Shown piece by piece: positions 38,113 to 47,760 of a stretch of DNA of 64,000 bases; position 1 is the stretch's first letter, and the number at the start of each line of letters is the position of its first letter. The position numbers were made by a program, and so were the translations under genes. The notes below the pieces were generated by a model. It had not been told where the DNA came from and searched no databases. It saw nothing but the letters and a program-made list of their open reading frames with translations. Location of the stretch: NCBI GenBank assembly GCA_965250285.1, contig OZ252299.1, positions 5,760,001-5,824,000 of the forward strand, written 5' to 3'. This DNA is from Myxococcota bacterium. Its GTDB lineage: Bacteria > Myxococcota_A > UBA9160 > UBA4427.

Positions 38113-39048
38113 TCAGTCGGTCGCGCCGCCCTCTTCGAGCCAGCGCGCGCAGTCGGGTTCGAGAACGCGTGCCTTCGCATCCTCGTAGAGCTTCAACTCT
38201 TCTTCGCTGAGCACGTCACGCCAGCGTCCGTTCGTGCCCTTGTGGAAGAACGTCTTCGAGCCGCCCGCGAAGAACTGCGGGCGCAGCGCGTTCGGGTCCT
38301 CCGACTCGGAAGCCTTTTTCTTCATGTTCGCGAACGTCGTGCGCTCGACCACCCGGGCGACCTTCGCGTCGTCGACGTCGATGCCGCCAAACTCGGCCAG
38401 CCGTCTCACCGCGCCTTCGTGATCGGCGAGCATGTCGGCGTAGTGCAGCAGCATGACGTTCGGCAGATGACGCCACGGCCAGTACGTCGCCGTGTGATGC
38501 AGATTCGACCAGAACGGGTAGCCCTCGCTCTCCCACTCGAACCAGCCGCGCGTCATCCACGCGCGCCACAGCTCGTGCACGTCGTCGGGGCAGGGGGGCA
38601 GCGGCGGGCCGAGTCGGTCGCCCCCGTTCAGCAGGTCGAACGCCAGCTCGGTGTAGGCGCCGTAGTGGTTCGCGAACGACATGAAGACGTCGCGTGGGTC
38701 GCGGCAGACGACGACGTAGTGCGCTTCGGGCCACCAGGGGAGGCCGTCGAAGGGGAGGTGGCTCTTGAAGAACCGTCGACCCTCGAGCGCTTCGCACGCC
38801 TTGGCCAGGTCTTCGCGCGATGAATGAAAACGCGCGTCGACCCATGGCGAGACGGTTCGTGTCTCGGGCATCGGATCGACGCCGTCGTTCAGCAACGCGT
38901 TGAAGATCTCCTGGGTCCAGGTCGTCCCCGACTTGTACGAGGTCGTGATGACGATGTCGCCGGCGCGCGGCTCGACCAGCTGCCAGCGCGTGCTGTCCAG
39001 GTGGTGGTTCTGGTAGACGTGGGTGGTCGTCGGTGTGGATTCGGCCAT
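38113..39048 (-). CDS. Aryl/SULT-like sulfotransferase
   Basis: SYKSGTTW, FFKSHLP, RDPRDVFMS, FFHKGTNGRW. Confidence 0.92.
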   Translation of the reverse strand: MAESTPTTTHVYQNHHLDSTRWQLVEPRAGDIVITTSYKSGTTWTQEIFNALLNDGVDPMPETRTVSPWVDARFHSSREDLAKACEALEGRRFFKSHLPFDGLPWWPEAHYVVVCRDPRDVFMSFANHYGAYTELAFDLLNGGDRLGPPLPPCPDDVHELWRAWMTRGWFEWESEGYPFWSNLHHTATYWPWRHLPNVMLLHYADMLADHEGAVRRLAEFGGIDVDDAKVARVVERTTFANMKKKASESEDPNALRPQFFAGGSKTFFHKGTNGRWRDVLSEEELKLYEDAKARVLEPDCARWLEEGGATD

Positions 39049-39216
39049 CGGGGTTTCGACTTCGCGGAGCCCCAGACGCTAGCCGATCCACAGCGTCGAG
39101 CGTCGGCGCCGCCGGTGCTGAGTCGAGACCAACGCAGCGGCAAAAGAAAGAGGCCCGACGCGCCGTCGCCCTGCGAGGGCGGCCGGTGTGGCCATCGTTC
39201 TGGTCGAGGTTGAACG

Positions 39217-39245
39217 GGCGGGAGGCGACGGCGTCGCCTCCCGCC
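39217..39245. terminator. Perfect 13-bp hairpin right after the TetR stop
   Basis: GGCGGGAGGCGAC-GGC-GTCGCCTCCCGCC; no U-tract. Confidence 0.4.
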
Positions 39246-39248
39246 GGC

Positions 39249-39911
39249 TCACTGAATCGCCTCGCGCATCAGCGACCCGAAGGCCGTCTCGAGCGCGACC
39301 CGGACCTCGAAGTTCGAGAGGCCCTGCTGGATCTTGAGCCGGTTCCAGGCCTCGAACGACGAGAGCAGGTCGAGCGCCTCGAAGACGGCCGGCGGTGCGC
39401 CCTCGAGTTCGGGGAAGCAGGCAGGCAGGCGCGCGCGCAGCGCTTTGTTGTTCGCCTCGGCCTGCTTCTGCAGGAACTCGCTCTTGTCGTGATGCATCAC
39501 GGACGCGCGTCGAAACGACGCCATGCGCTCGAAGAGCTCGCAGCGTCTTTCGATGACCTCCTGGCATCGCTCTTCGAGCGTGCCCTCGGGCAGGGGCAGG
39601 TCGACGATGTCACGCAGCCCCTCGTAGACGCCCTGGTAGACCTCGGAGTAGAGCGCGTCCATGTCGCTGAAGTGTCGGAAGACGGTCCGGATCCCGACGC
39701 CGGCGGCGTCGGCCGCGCGCTCGGCCGTCGGCATGCGCTCATCACGCTCGATCAATCGGTGCACGGCATCGAGGATGGCTCTTCGGTTGCGTGCACCGCG
39801 CTCGCTTCGTCCGTCGCGGACGGGCTGGCTGCTTGGCTCGCTCGCGCCGGTGCTGCCAGGGGCGGCTGCACCGGCCTTCAGAGGTTGTGAGTCTCGGTCA
39901 CGGGAGTCCAT
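39249..39911 (-). CDS. TetR/AcrR family regulator
   Basis: DGRSERGARNRRAILDA..AGVGIRTVFRHF helix-turn-helix. Confidence 0.9.
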   Translation of the reverse strand: MDSRDRDSQPLKAGAAAPGSTGASEPSSQPVRDGRSERGARNRRAILDAVHRLIERDERMPTAERAADAAGVGIRTVFRHFSDMDALYSEVYQGVYEGLRDIVDLPLPEGTLEERCQEVIERRCELFERMASFRRASVMHHDKSEFLQKQAEANNKALRARLPACFPELEGAPPAVFEALDLLSSFEAWNRLKIQQGLSNFEVRVALETAFGSLMREAIQ

Positions 39912-40341
39912 CGGAGTGGTCGACCTCCTGAGTTGAAGCGCTTCCGGTACGCCCGAGGCGTCGCGGTCAATTCGGAGCGCACGGGGTTGGGCATCGTGAT
40001 CGCGATGCGGCGGTCGGGCGAAGAACCGACACGGTGAGTCTCGATGGATGCGGCTCCATACGAGTCTCGAGTCGTCCCCACTCGGCCAACGCGGCCCGAA
40101 GCCTCACAGAAATTTCGCATGCACCCTGCGACTTCGCCAGCAATGCCCACGGGCGTGTCGACTTCATGTGACACATGTATCTGCTTCGATCGATCCCGCC
40201 TGCATCGACGACGGGGGGGAGTCCCTGCGGTCGCAACCGACCCATGCGTTTGGGAGCGCGTTTCAACGGCTCTGGCACGCGACTTCAGCCGTCTGCGCGC
40301 CGTTCTGCCGGTCTGGTCTCAGGAAGCTTAATCAGTCCCCC

Positions 40342-41859
40342 TCAAATGGGGGGCGCGGCGCCTCGCTGCGCGTGATCGACGAGCACCTTGATGGCCGAGG
40401 GCGAGCGCGCGGTTTCGAAAGCGGCCGCCAGCTGGGAAGCGCCGAACCGGTGACTCACGAACGTGTCACCCAGGTGACGCAGATGCGTGTCGGATTCGAT
40501 CAGGTCGAGCGCACGGCGAAAGTCACCACAGCGCGAGGTCGTGATGCGGCGACCCGAACCGAGGACGCGCGCGATCGGGGGGCCATCGACGTCGCGCCCG
40601 GCCGGCCCCCGACGCACCGCGATCCGGCCTCTCGGGCGCACCGGCGAAGTCTCTCGCTCGGGGTGGGGCCGCAGCACTTCGTCGATCTGCTGTGCATCGT
40701 CGATGACGGTGACGTCGACGCGCGGCAGATCCATCGCTTCGTTGACGCGGTCGGCCGCTTCGAGCCGGGCGAGCAGCGCGGCCGCCGAACCTTCTCGCAG
40801 CACTTCGACCGAGCCGTCTTCGAGCGATGCCGGCGGCGCGTCGGCGCACAGCCACCCCACACGGAGTCGGCCCCGAGCGCAGAGAGGCGCGACGTCCGCG
40901 AGTGCGGGATCGAGGAGGCCGGCGTCAGGGGCCGCGAGGGCCGCGAGTGAGATCTCGTCGACCACGGCCTCGGTCAGATGGGTGCAGCCGAGCGCCGCTT
41001 GGCCGTGCGTCGACTTGAGATGGATCTCGTCGCGGGCGAGGGCGCACGCCAGCTCTAGACCTTCGGGTGTGCCCGTCGTGTCGACGACGACGTCGGCGAC
41101 CGGGCCCGCGATCTTCGGATCGGCCTCGGGGATCTCGGCGCGGTCGGCCCCGAGCGACTCGGCGAGCGCACCGAGCTCGGGCCGGCGAGCGAGGGCCAGG
41201 ATCTCGAAGTCGTCGCCGGTGCGACGCCGCACGGCCGCCAGCGCGGCGATCACGAGCAGGCCCAGGCGTCGCGGACCGAGGACGGCGATGCGTTGTCCGG
41301 TTCGGGGCGCGATCGTTTCGACGGCATGCAGGGCCGCGGCGAAGGGCTCGATCAGGGCCGCCGTTTCGTCGGGCACCGTATCGGGGATCGGGACGAGTGC
41401 ATGGTCGGGCGCGAGGACGAAGGGGCCGAAGCCGCCGGGCAGGTCGTGGATGCCGAGCACCAAGCGGCTCGGGCAGTGCGTCGGGAGCCCCGCCGAACAG
41501 AACGCGCAGGGCGGTTCGCCGCGCGCGACGTGCGAAGCGTTGATCTCGATGGCGAAGCGCCGCTTGTCTGGGTCTTCGACGATCACCTCGTGCCCGGTGA
41601 TCTGAGGCAGCGGAAACGGCAGAAAGCGGCGATCGAGATCGGTCGAGCAGACGCCGCAGACGCGGCTGCGCATCAGTTGGTAGCCGTGACCGAGCTCGAG
41701 ATGCGTCCGGCCCTGGCGCTCGATTCGCCAGCCATCGCCGCCCGAGCCGCGAAAGGCGTATCGTGCGGCATGGAAGCGATCGTCGGCGTCGTACTCGAGG
41801 GCCTCGAACTCGACGCTCTCGGGCGGCTCTCGGTCGTTCTGGGCGGTGCGGGTGCTCAT
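40342..41859 (-). CDS. Zinc-dependent alcohol dehydrogenase-like protein, unusually long
   Basis: GVCSTD, GHE, CAFC..THC, IEPFAAALHA, LGPRRLG; 505 aa. Confidence 0.8.
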   Translation of the reverse strand: MSTRTAQNDREPPESVEFEALEYDADDRFHAARYAFRGSGGDGWRIERQGRTHLELGHGYQLMRSRVCGVCSTDLDRRFLPFPLPQITGHEVIVEDPDKRRFAIEINASHVARGEPPCAFCSAGLPTHCPSRLVLGIHDLPGGFGPFVLAPDHALVPIPDTVPDETAALIEPFAAALHAVETIAPRTGQRIAVLGPRRLGLLVIAALAAVRRRTGDDFEILALARRPELGALAESLGADRAEIPEADPKIAGPVADVVVDTTGTPEGLELACALARDEIHLKSTHGQAALGCTHLTEAVVDEISLAALAAPDAGLLDPALADVAPLCARGRLRVGWLCADAPPASLEDGSVEVLREGSAAALLARLEAADRVNEAMDLPRVDVTVIDDAQQIDEVLRPHPERETSPVRPRGRIAVRRGPAGRDVDGPPIARVLGSGRRITTSRCGDFRRALDLIESDTHLRHLGDTFVSHRFGASQLAAAFETARSPSAIKVLVDHAQRGAAPPI

Positions 41860-41978
41860 GGTGCCCGCTCGCCGCAGCGTGGGTCGGCTTTGCGGCATCG
41901 CATGTCGAGACACTAGCAGTCGCGCATGCGTGCAGTCGGGAGTTCGAAGTGGGATCTGGCGAGGCCAGAGATCAGAGG

Positions 41979-42959
41979 ATGGGCGAGGCGCGAAGCAGCG
42001 CGACGTCGATCGATGCGCGCGCTCGCCGCCGGGTACGCGGCGCGTGTCTGATGCTGATGTCGCTCGGCTGGCTGTCTTGCGCGGCCGGCGGGGGCGCGCT
42101 GCTGCAGTCGAAGAAGCCGGTGAAGAAGGTGATGACCGCCGAAGAGCTGCGCGAGGCCGTGCACGAGCGCGTTCCCGAGCTGCCGCCCGAGGCGGTCCCC
42201 GTGCTCTTCGAGGTGAGTCCCGCGGTCGTCGAGCACGTGCGCGCGAACATAGGTGCGGTCGAGCTCGACATCGAACAGATCCGCCGCGTCGTCCGGCTGA
42301 TCATGGAGCCCGAAGGCCTCGGGCTGCGCTACGACCGCGGCAGCCTCGGAACCGCCGCCGAGTCGCTCGAACGCGGGACGGGCAACTGTCTGTCGCTCGC
42401 GGCCGTGCTCATCGGCGTCGCGCGCGGCCTCGGCTGGAGAGCGCAGTTCACCGAGATGAGCCTGCGCGAAGACGAGCTCGTCTACGAAGCCGACGTCGCG
42501 ATCGCCGAGGAGCACATGGGCGCGAAGATCCGGTTCGGTGCGGCGACGCTCTACATCGACTACTCGGGCCGCATGAGCTTTCGCTCGCGCGTGCGGAGCG
42601 TGAGCGATCTACGCGCCACGGCGCAGTACTACAGCAATCACGCCTACGAACTGCTGCACGACAGCCACGTCGCCGAGGTGCCGGTGCCGTGGGAGGAGGT
42701 GGCGCGTCGGTTCGAGATCGCGACCCGAATCGAGCCGGGGCTCGCCCAGGCGTGGAACAACCTCGGCGTCGCGCGCAGCCGAATGGGCGACGTCGAAGGC
42801 GCCGAGCTGGCGTACGAGCAGGCGATCCTGCTGGCGGCCGGCAGCATGAAGAGCGCCGAGCGCAACCTGCGACTGCTCTACGGCCTGCCCCCCGAGCCCG
42901 AAGACACCGGTCAGCCGGGCGTGCCCGCTGGCTGGGCGCCCATCGATGACGTGCCCTGA
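41979..42959 (+). CDS. Transglutaminase-like plus TPR putative lipoprotein
   Basis: Lipobox-like WLSC; GNCLSLA..H..D triad-like residues; TPR AWNNLGVA..AYEQAI. Confidence 0.72.
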   Translation: MGEARSSATSIDARARRRVRGACLMLMSLGWLSCAAGGGALLQSKKPVKKVMTAEELREAVHERVPELPPEAVPVLFEVSPAVVEHVRANIGAVELDIEQIRRVVRLIMEPEGLGLRYDRGSLGTAAESLERGTGNCLSLAAVLIGVARGLGWRAQFTEMSLREDELVYEADVAIAEEHMGAKIRFGAATLYIDYSGRMSFRSRVRSVSDLRATAQYYSNHAYELLHDSHVAEVPVPWEEVARRFEIATRIEPGLAQAWNNLGVARSRMGDVEGAELAYEQAILLAAGSMKSAERNLRLLYGLPPEPEDTGQPGVPAGWAPIDDVP

Positions 42960-42997
42960 GCTCCATGGTGCGCCGCCAATCGAGGTAGGATGGCGCG

Positions 42998-44593
42998 ATG
43001 TCTGCGCCCGTCCGCCGTACCACCGCCATGTTCGTCTCACTCGGCGCCACGCTCACGATGCTCGGCTTCGGTGGCGCGTTGGCGGCCGAGCCGAGCGCTC
43101 CTCCGATCGTCTTCGTAATGTTCGACGAGCTGCCGACGGTGTCGCTCCTCGACGCAGAGGGTCGTGTCGATGCCGAGCTGTATCCCCACTTCGCTGAGCT
43201 CGCGTCGACGTCGACGTGGGCGCGAGGCGCTTCGACGGTGGCGACGCGGCTGCTCGAGTCGCTGCCCGTCCCCCTCACCGGCCGGATGCCGTCGCCCGAA
43301 CGTACGCTCGCGATCCGCGCCGAGTGGCCCGACAACTTGTTCTCGTGGCTCGAGGGCGAGTACGCACTCAACGTACACGAGCCGCAATCGCTGCTCGGGC
43401 CGACCCCACTCGACGCCGAGGCCCAGGCGCGCTGGTTGAACGAGGTGCGCAACGATCGCTACGAGTGGCCCGATCAGGGCGCCGCGGTCGACGCCTTCGT
43501 GGCCGAGATCGAAGGTCGCGATGCGAGTCGGCCGCGACCGACGCTCGATTTCATTCACGTGACGCTGCCGCACGCGCCCTGGCGCTATGGGGCGAGCGGG
43601 CGCACCTACGCGCCGCGCAAGTTCACGGGCAACACCGGATCGATCTGGGTCGACGATGACGTTCCCGTCGACGATGCCTGGCGGCGCCATCTCGCCGAAG
43701 TGCGCTTCGCAGACGCGCTGCTCGGTCGCATCCTCGACGCGGTGCGCGCATCGGGGCGTTTCGACGAGAGCCTGATCATCGTCACCGCACCGTACGGTGC
43801 CGGCTTCTGGCCGGGCGAGTCCCGGCGCATGGCGCAGCGCACGAGCCACCCCGAAGACGTGCTGCTCGTGCCGCTCTTCGTGAAGCGACCGGGCCAGACC
43901 GAGTCGGTCGTGAGCGACGACGTGGTGCAGTCGATCGACGTGTTGCCGACGGTCGTCGACGTGCTTGGACGCGCAGCGCCGTTCGAGATGGGGGGGTGCT
44001 CGATCCTCGATGCCGCTTGCGCTCGCCCCGAGGCGCGCCGGGCGATGCGGCTCGACGGAACGCGGGATGCCCGCGTCGTCGATGCCTACGCCGCCGATCT
44101 GCCGGCAAGGCGCGCGAGCCTCGACCGCAAGCTCGCGCGGTTTCCCGATCGCGCGCATCTCGAGCGCAGCTGGCCTGCCGGCCGCTATGCCGCCTGGCTC
44201 GGCCAGCCAGTCGATGCCGACATCGTGATCGCCGATGGCGCCGTCGGATCATGGGCGCTCGATCGCAGCGCCCGTGACTGGCTGCGCGCGAAGCGCGGCG
44301 GCCCGCGACTCGTGGCGGCGGTCGAGCTCGCCGAAACGGGCGACGGCGCGTCCCTGCCGTGGATCGCGATCGAGCTGAATGGACGCCTCGAGGCGATCGA
44401 GCGCGCGTCGATCGACCGCCGCGGGCGAGTGCAGGTGTACGTGACGCTGCCCGAGGCTGCCCTGCGCGAGCGGGGCAACACGCTCGCGCTCTACGTGGTG
44501 CGTGAGACCGAGGCGGGGCCGCGCCTCGAGCGGCTGCAGAAGCAGCCGCGCGGTGCACGAGCGAAGCGGCCGCCCACGAAGGCGCCAGATTGA
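42998..44593 (+). CDS. Sulfatase/alkaline-phosphatase superfamily exported protein
   Basis: FVMFDELP, LPHAPW, DALLGRILD, VPLFVKRP, IDVLPTV; no CxPxR motif. Confidence 0.72.
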   Translation: MSAPVRRTTAMFVSLGATLTMLGFGGALAAEPSAPPIVFVMFDELPTVSLLDAEGRVDAELYPHFAELASTSTWARGASTVATRLLESLPVPLTGRMPSPERTLAIRAEWPDNLFSWLEGEYALNVHEPQSLLGPTPLDAEAQARWLNEVRNDRYEWPDQGAAVDAFVAEIEGRDASRPRPTLDFIHVTLPHAPWRYGASGRTYAPRKFTGNTGSIWVDDDVPVDDAWRRHLAEVRFADALLGRILDAVRASGRFDESLIIVTAPYGAGFWPGESRRMAQRTSHPEDVLLVPLFVKRPGQTESVVSDDVVQSIDVLPTVVDVLGRAAPFEMGGCSILDAACARPEARRAMRLDGTRDARVVDAYAADLPARRASLDRKLARFPDRAHLERSWPAGRYAAWLGQPVDADIVIADGAVGSWALDRSARDWLRAKRGGPRLVAAVELAETGDGASLPWIAIELNGRLEAIERASIDRRGRVQVYVTLPEAALRERGNTLALYVVRETEAGPRLERLQKQPRGARAKRPPTKAPD

Positions 44594-44624
44594 GCCCGGC
44601 GCCTTCGCGGGTGCGGCTTGCCGG

Positions 44625-45803
44625 CTAGATCGGCTGCACGACCTTCCAGCCGTTGTCGCGCATGATCAGCTCGACCTCGTCGGTGCTGAAGCCCTCGAGG
44701 TCGTTCACGAAGTCGGTCGGCACCGCGAGGCCTTCGGCGTGCGGGAAGTCGGAGCCGAAGAGCACGTTCTCGGCACCGACGAGGTCGCGCAGCCCGGCGA
44801 TGTCGTCTTCGTAGTACGGCGCGATCTTCACGTGCCTGCGCAGCTGCTCGATCGGGTCGGTCTCGAATGCGTAGGGCATCTGGCCGTACGCCTTCTTCAA
44901 GCGCCGCACCAACTCGGGGACCCAGGCGCTGCCGCACTCGATCGTCGCGACGCGGGCGCGCGGGTGCCGCTGGAACACGCCGTGACAGATGAGCGCCGCG
45001 ATCGTGTCGTGGATCGGCTCGGGCGAAAGACAGCCGACCAGCGGATCCCACGAGAAGGCCTTGAACTCGCGGTTGCCGCCCCAGGCTTCAGAGAAGCGTC
45101 GATAGCCGGCATCGCCCGCGTGGAACGCGACCGTGATCCCGGCCTCGGCGACGCGCGACCAGAAGCCGTCGAAGCGATCGAGCCCGATCGAGACGCTGGT
45201 CTCGGGGCCGGTCGGGACCGGTCCGGGCACCATTGACACGACGCGCGCGCCGAGAGCGAGCACGCGCTCGAGCTCTCGCTCGGCCCACGCGGGATCCATC
45301 AGCGAGATGTAGGGCGCCGCATGGATTCGATCCTGATAGGCGTAGCCCCAGTCGTCTTCGAGCCACTTGTTGAACGCCTCGAACGCCACGCACGCGGCTT
45401 CGGGGTCGTTTCGCAGGCTCTCCTGCATCCCGACACCGAGCGTCGGAAACAGAATCGTGCCGGCGACACCCTGCTCGTCGAGCTGCTTCATGCGCGCGTC
45501 GCGGTCGCGGTACGCCGGTGAGATCGGGTCGAGTCGCCCGAAGAGCTCGGGCACGCTCTTACCGTCGGGGTTCTTGCCGCGGAAGTACTCGTCGAGGATG
45601 CCGGGCTGCGCCACCGGGTCGAACGTCGGGTTCGGGATGAATCGGTTGACCTTGCCACCGACGAGCAGGCGCTTGCGCCCGCCGATCTCGGCCCATTGCA
45701 TGCAGCGGGCCTGCATGCGGCGATCGACGTGGCGCGTGAACGCGTCTTCTGCCTCGTAGTAGTGGTGATCCGAATCGAAGGCCTGAAAGCCGAGGTCGGC
45801 CAT
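44625..45803 (-). CDS. Amidohydrolase family protein (amidohydro_2)
   Basis: DSDHHYYE, FPTLG, AFNKWLEDDW, FGSDFPHAEG; GGAGGAG RBS. Confidence 0.92.
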   Translation of the reverse strand: MADLGFQAFDSDHHYYEAEDAFTRHVDRRMQARCMQWAEIGGRKRLLVGGKVNRFIPNPTFDPVAQPGILDEYFRGKNPDGKSVPELFGRLDPISPAYRDRDARMKQLDEQGVAGTILFPTLGVGMQESLRNDPEAACVAFEAFNKWLEDDWGYAYQDRIHAAPYISLMDPAWAERELERVLALGARVVSMVPGPVPTGPETSVSIGLDRFDGFWSRVAEAGITVAFHAGDAGYRRFSEAWGGNREFKAFSWDPLVGCLSPEPIHDTIAALICHGVFQRHPRARVATIECGSAWVPELVRRLKKAYGQMPYAFETDPIEQLRRHVKIAPYYEDDIAGLRDLVGAENVLFGSDFPHAEGLAVPTDFVNDLEGFSTDEVELIMRDNGWKVVQPI

Positions 45804-45989
45804 GGGATGCTCCTCCGCGCGAGGTTCGGGCGCGGGTTCGAGGGATGCGGGTTCGATGCAGGCGGGGGCCGCGGGGGCGCCGCCGCCCATAATTTGAACG
45901 ATTTGGCCGTCGAATTCAATGAACGAAGGCACTAAGATATTCAGGAATCTGGACGAAGCGCGCTTCGGCGTCCGCCTCGAGGACCACAG

Positions 45990-46637
45990 GTGCCTGAAAT
46001 CGCAGCCCATTCAGCGGCATCGCCCGAGCCCGGGCCCGGCACTTCACCGCGGCGAGAAGCCAGCGCCGAGAAGCGACGGCGCATCCTCGAGGGCGCGCGC
46101 GTCTGCTTCGGCCGAGACGGCTACGCCGGCGCCACGGTTGCGCGGATCGCGGCCGAAGCCGGCGTCTCGAACGGGCTCCTCTACCAGTTCTTTCGCAACA
46201 AGGACCACCTCTTCGAGGTCGTGCTCGAAGAGGTGATTCGCGACTGGGTGCGGGCGATGGTGCCGCGCCCGACCGAGTCGAGCGCGGTCGAGAAGCTCGA
46301 CGGCATGCTTCGTCGCAGCGTGGCCTTCTGTCGATCGACGCCGCTGTTGCCGGCGCTGCTCTCGCGCGACCGCGCGCTGCAGCTGCAGCGCATCGGCGGT
46401 GCGACCTCACCGCGCGTCGACGCGCACCGTGAGCTCGTGGCGTCGATCGTCGAAGAGGGCATCGCGAGCGGTGAGCTGCAGCGCGACCTCGACGTGCGCG
46501 GGGCGGCCGACGCCATCTGCCATCTGCAATCCGAGTATTCGACGCGCGCGTACACCGACGATCCGCGCTTTCCATCCGATCCCGCGATCATCGATGCGGT
46601 CGCCCGCCTGATTCACGACGCCGTCCGCGCGCGCTAG
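45990..46637 (+). CDS. TetR/AcrR family regulator
   Basis: ILEGAR..GYAGATVARIAAEAGVSNGLLYQFFRNK. Confidence 0.92.
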   Translation: MPEIAAHSAASPEPGPGTSPRREASAEKRRRILEGARVCFGRDGYAGATVARIAAEAGVSNGLLYQFFRNKDHLFEVVLEEVIRDWVRAMVPRPTESSAVEKLDGMLRRSVAFCRSTPLLPALLSRDRALQLQRIGGATSPRVDAHRELVASIVEEGIASGELQRDLDVRGAADAICHLQSEYSTRAYTDDPRFPSDPAIIDAVARLIHDAVRAR

Positions 46638-46680
46638 CCCGGCGCCCCCTGTGCGGGGCGCACACGCGAGGGAGCAGCCC

Positions 46681-47553
46681 ATGCCGATGCCCACCGATAT
46701 CCCCGTCATCGATCTCATGCTGGGGATCCCGAGTGAGGAGGCCAAGCGCAGTTACGACTTCATGCGCCCGCTCTTTCGCGACGCCGACAGCCTCAAGAGC
46801 TTCGACTTCCCCGTCGAGTACATGTTCAAGGACGTGCCGACCTTCTCGAGTCTCGGTGATCGCATCAAGTACACGCTCGAGCAGATGGACGCGCACAACA
46901 TCGAGCGCGCGCTGCTCGGCGTCTCGTTGACCGACGAGGTGTCGCAGCAGGCCGTGCGCCAGCACCCCGACCGGTTCATCCCGTCGGGCTCGACCGATCC
47001 GAATCGCGGGATGGAGGACATTCGCGACATCGTGCGTTTGCATGACGAATTCGGAATTCGCGCAATCGGCGCCTTCCCGGCCGGCTGCGTGCCCCAGGTG
47101 CCGATCGACGACAAGCGCTTCTGGCCCGTCTACGCGAAGTGCTGCGAGCTCGACATCCCGATCTTCACTTGTGTGGGTGTGCCCGGGCCGAGGATCCCGA
47201 TGGCGTGCCAGCACGTCGAGCGCATCGACGAGGTGATGTGGTTCTTTCCCGAGCTGAAGTTCGTCATGCGACACGGCGCCGAGCCGTGGGTCGATCTCGC
47301 CGTCAAGCTGATGCTCAAGTGGCCGAACCTCTACTACTCGACCAGCGCGTTCGCACCGAAGTACTACCCGAAGGCCATCGTCGACTACGCGAACACGCGC
47401 GGCGCCGACCGCGTGATGTACGCGGGCTACTTCCCAATGGGTCTCTCGCTCGAGCGCATCTTCGGTGACATGCCCGACGTGCCCTTCCGCGACCACGTCT
47501 GGCCGAAATTCTTGAGAGAGAACGCGCTCGCTTTGTTGAAGCTCGTCGACTGA
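46681..47553 (+). CDS. Amidohydrolase family protein (amidohydro_2, short type)
   Basis: PVYAKCCELDIP, FPELKFVMRHGAEPW, YYSTSAFAPKYYP. Confidence 0.88.
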   Translation: MPMPTDIPVIDLMLGIPSEEAKRSYDFMRPLFRDADSLKSFDFPVEYMFKDVPTFSSLGDRIKYTLEQMDAHNIERALLGVSLTDEVSQQAVRQHPDRFIPSGSTDPNRGMEDIRDIVRLHDEFGIRAIGAFPAGCVPQVPIDDKRFWPVYAKCCELDIPIFTCVGVPGPRIPMACQHVERIDEVMWFFPELKFVMRHGAEPWVDLAVKLMLKWPNLYYSTSAFAPKYYPKAIVDYANTRGADRVMYAGYFPMGLSLERIFGDMPDVPFRDHVWPKFLRENALALLKLVD

Positions 47554-47760
47554 GCAGTGCAGGCAATCTGTCTGCCACCCGAATCAAGATGGCAATGTCG
47601 TGACGTTCGATTGTGCGCCGGGGCGCCCGCGTGGTGGATCGGTGTCGATTCGACGGGGGCACATCCTCTGAAATCTCCATGAAGTGGTGCCGACATGACA
47701 CCCCGGCAGCGCGCAGACGCGCGAGTTTGGTCGCATTCAAACTCTCTGCTGGAGGATCCC

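Noticed and set aside
47560..47760. Pho box upstream of the choice-of-anchor I gene
   Set aside because: No convincing 11-bp-period direct repeat.
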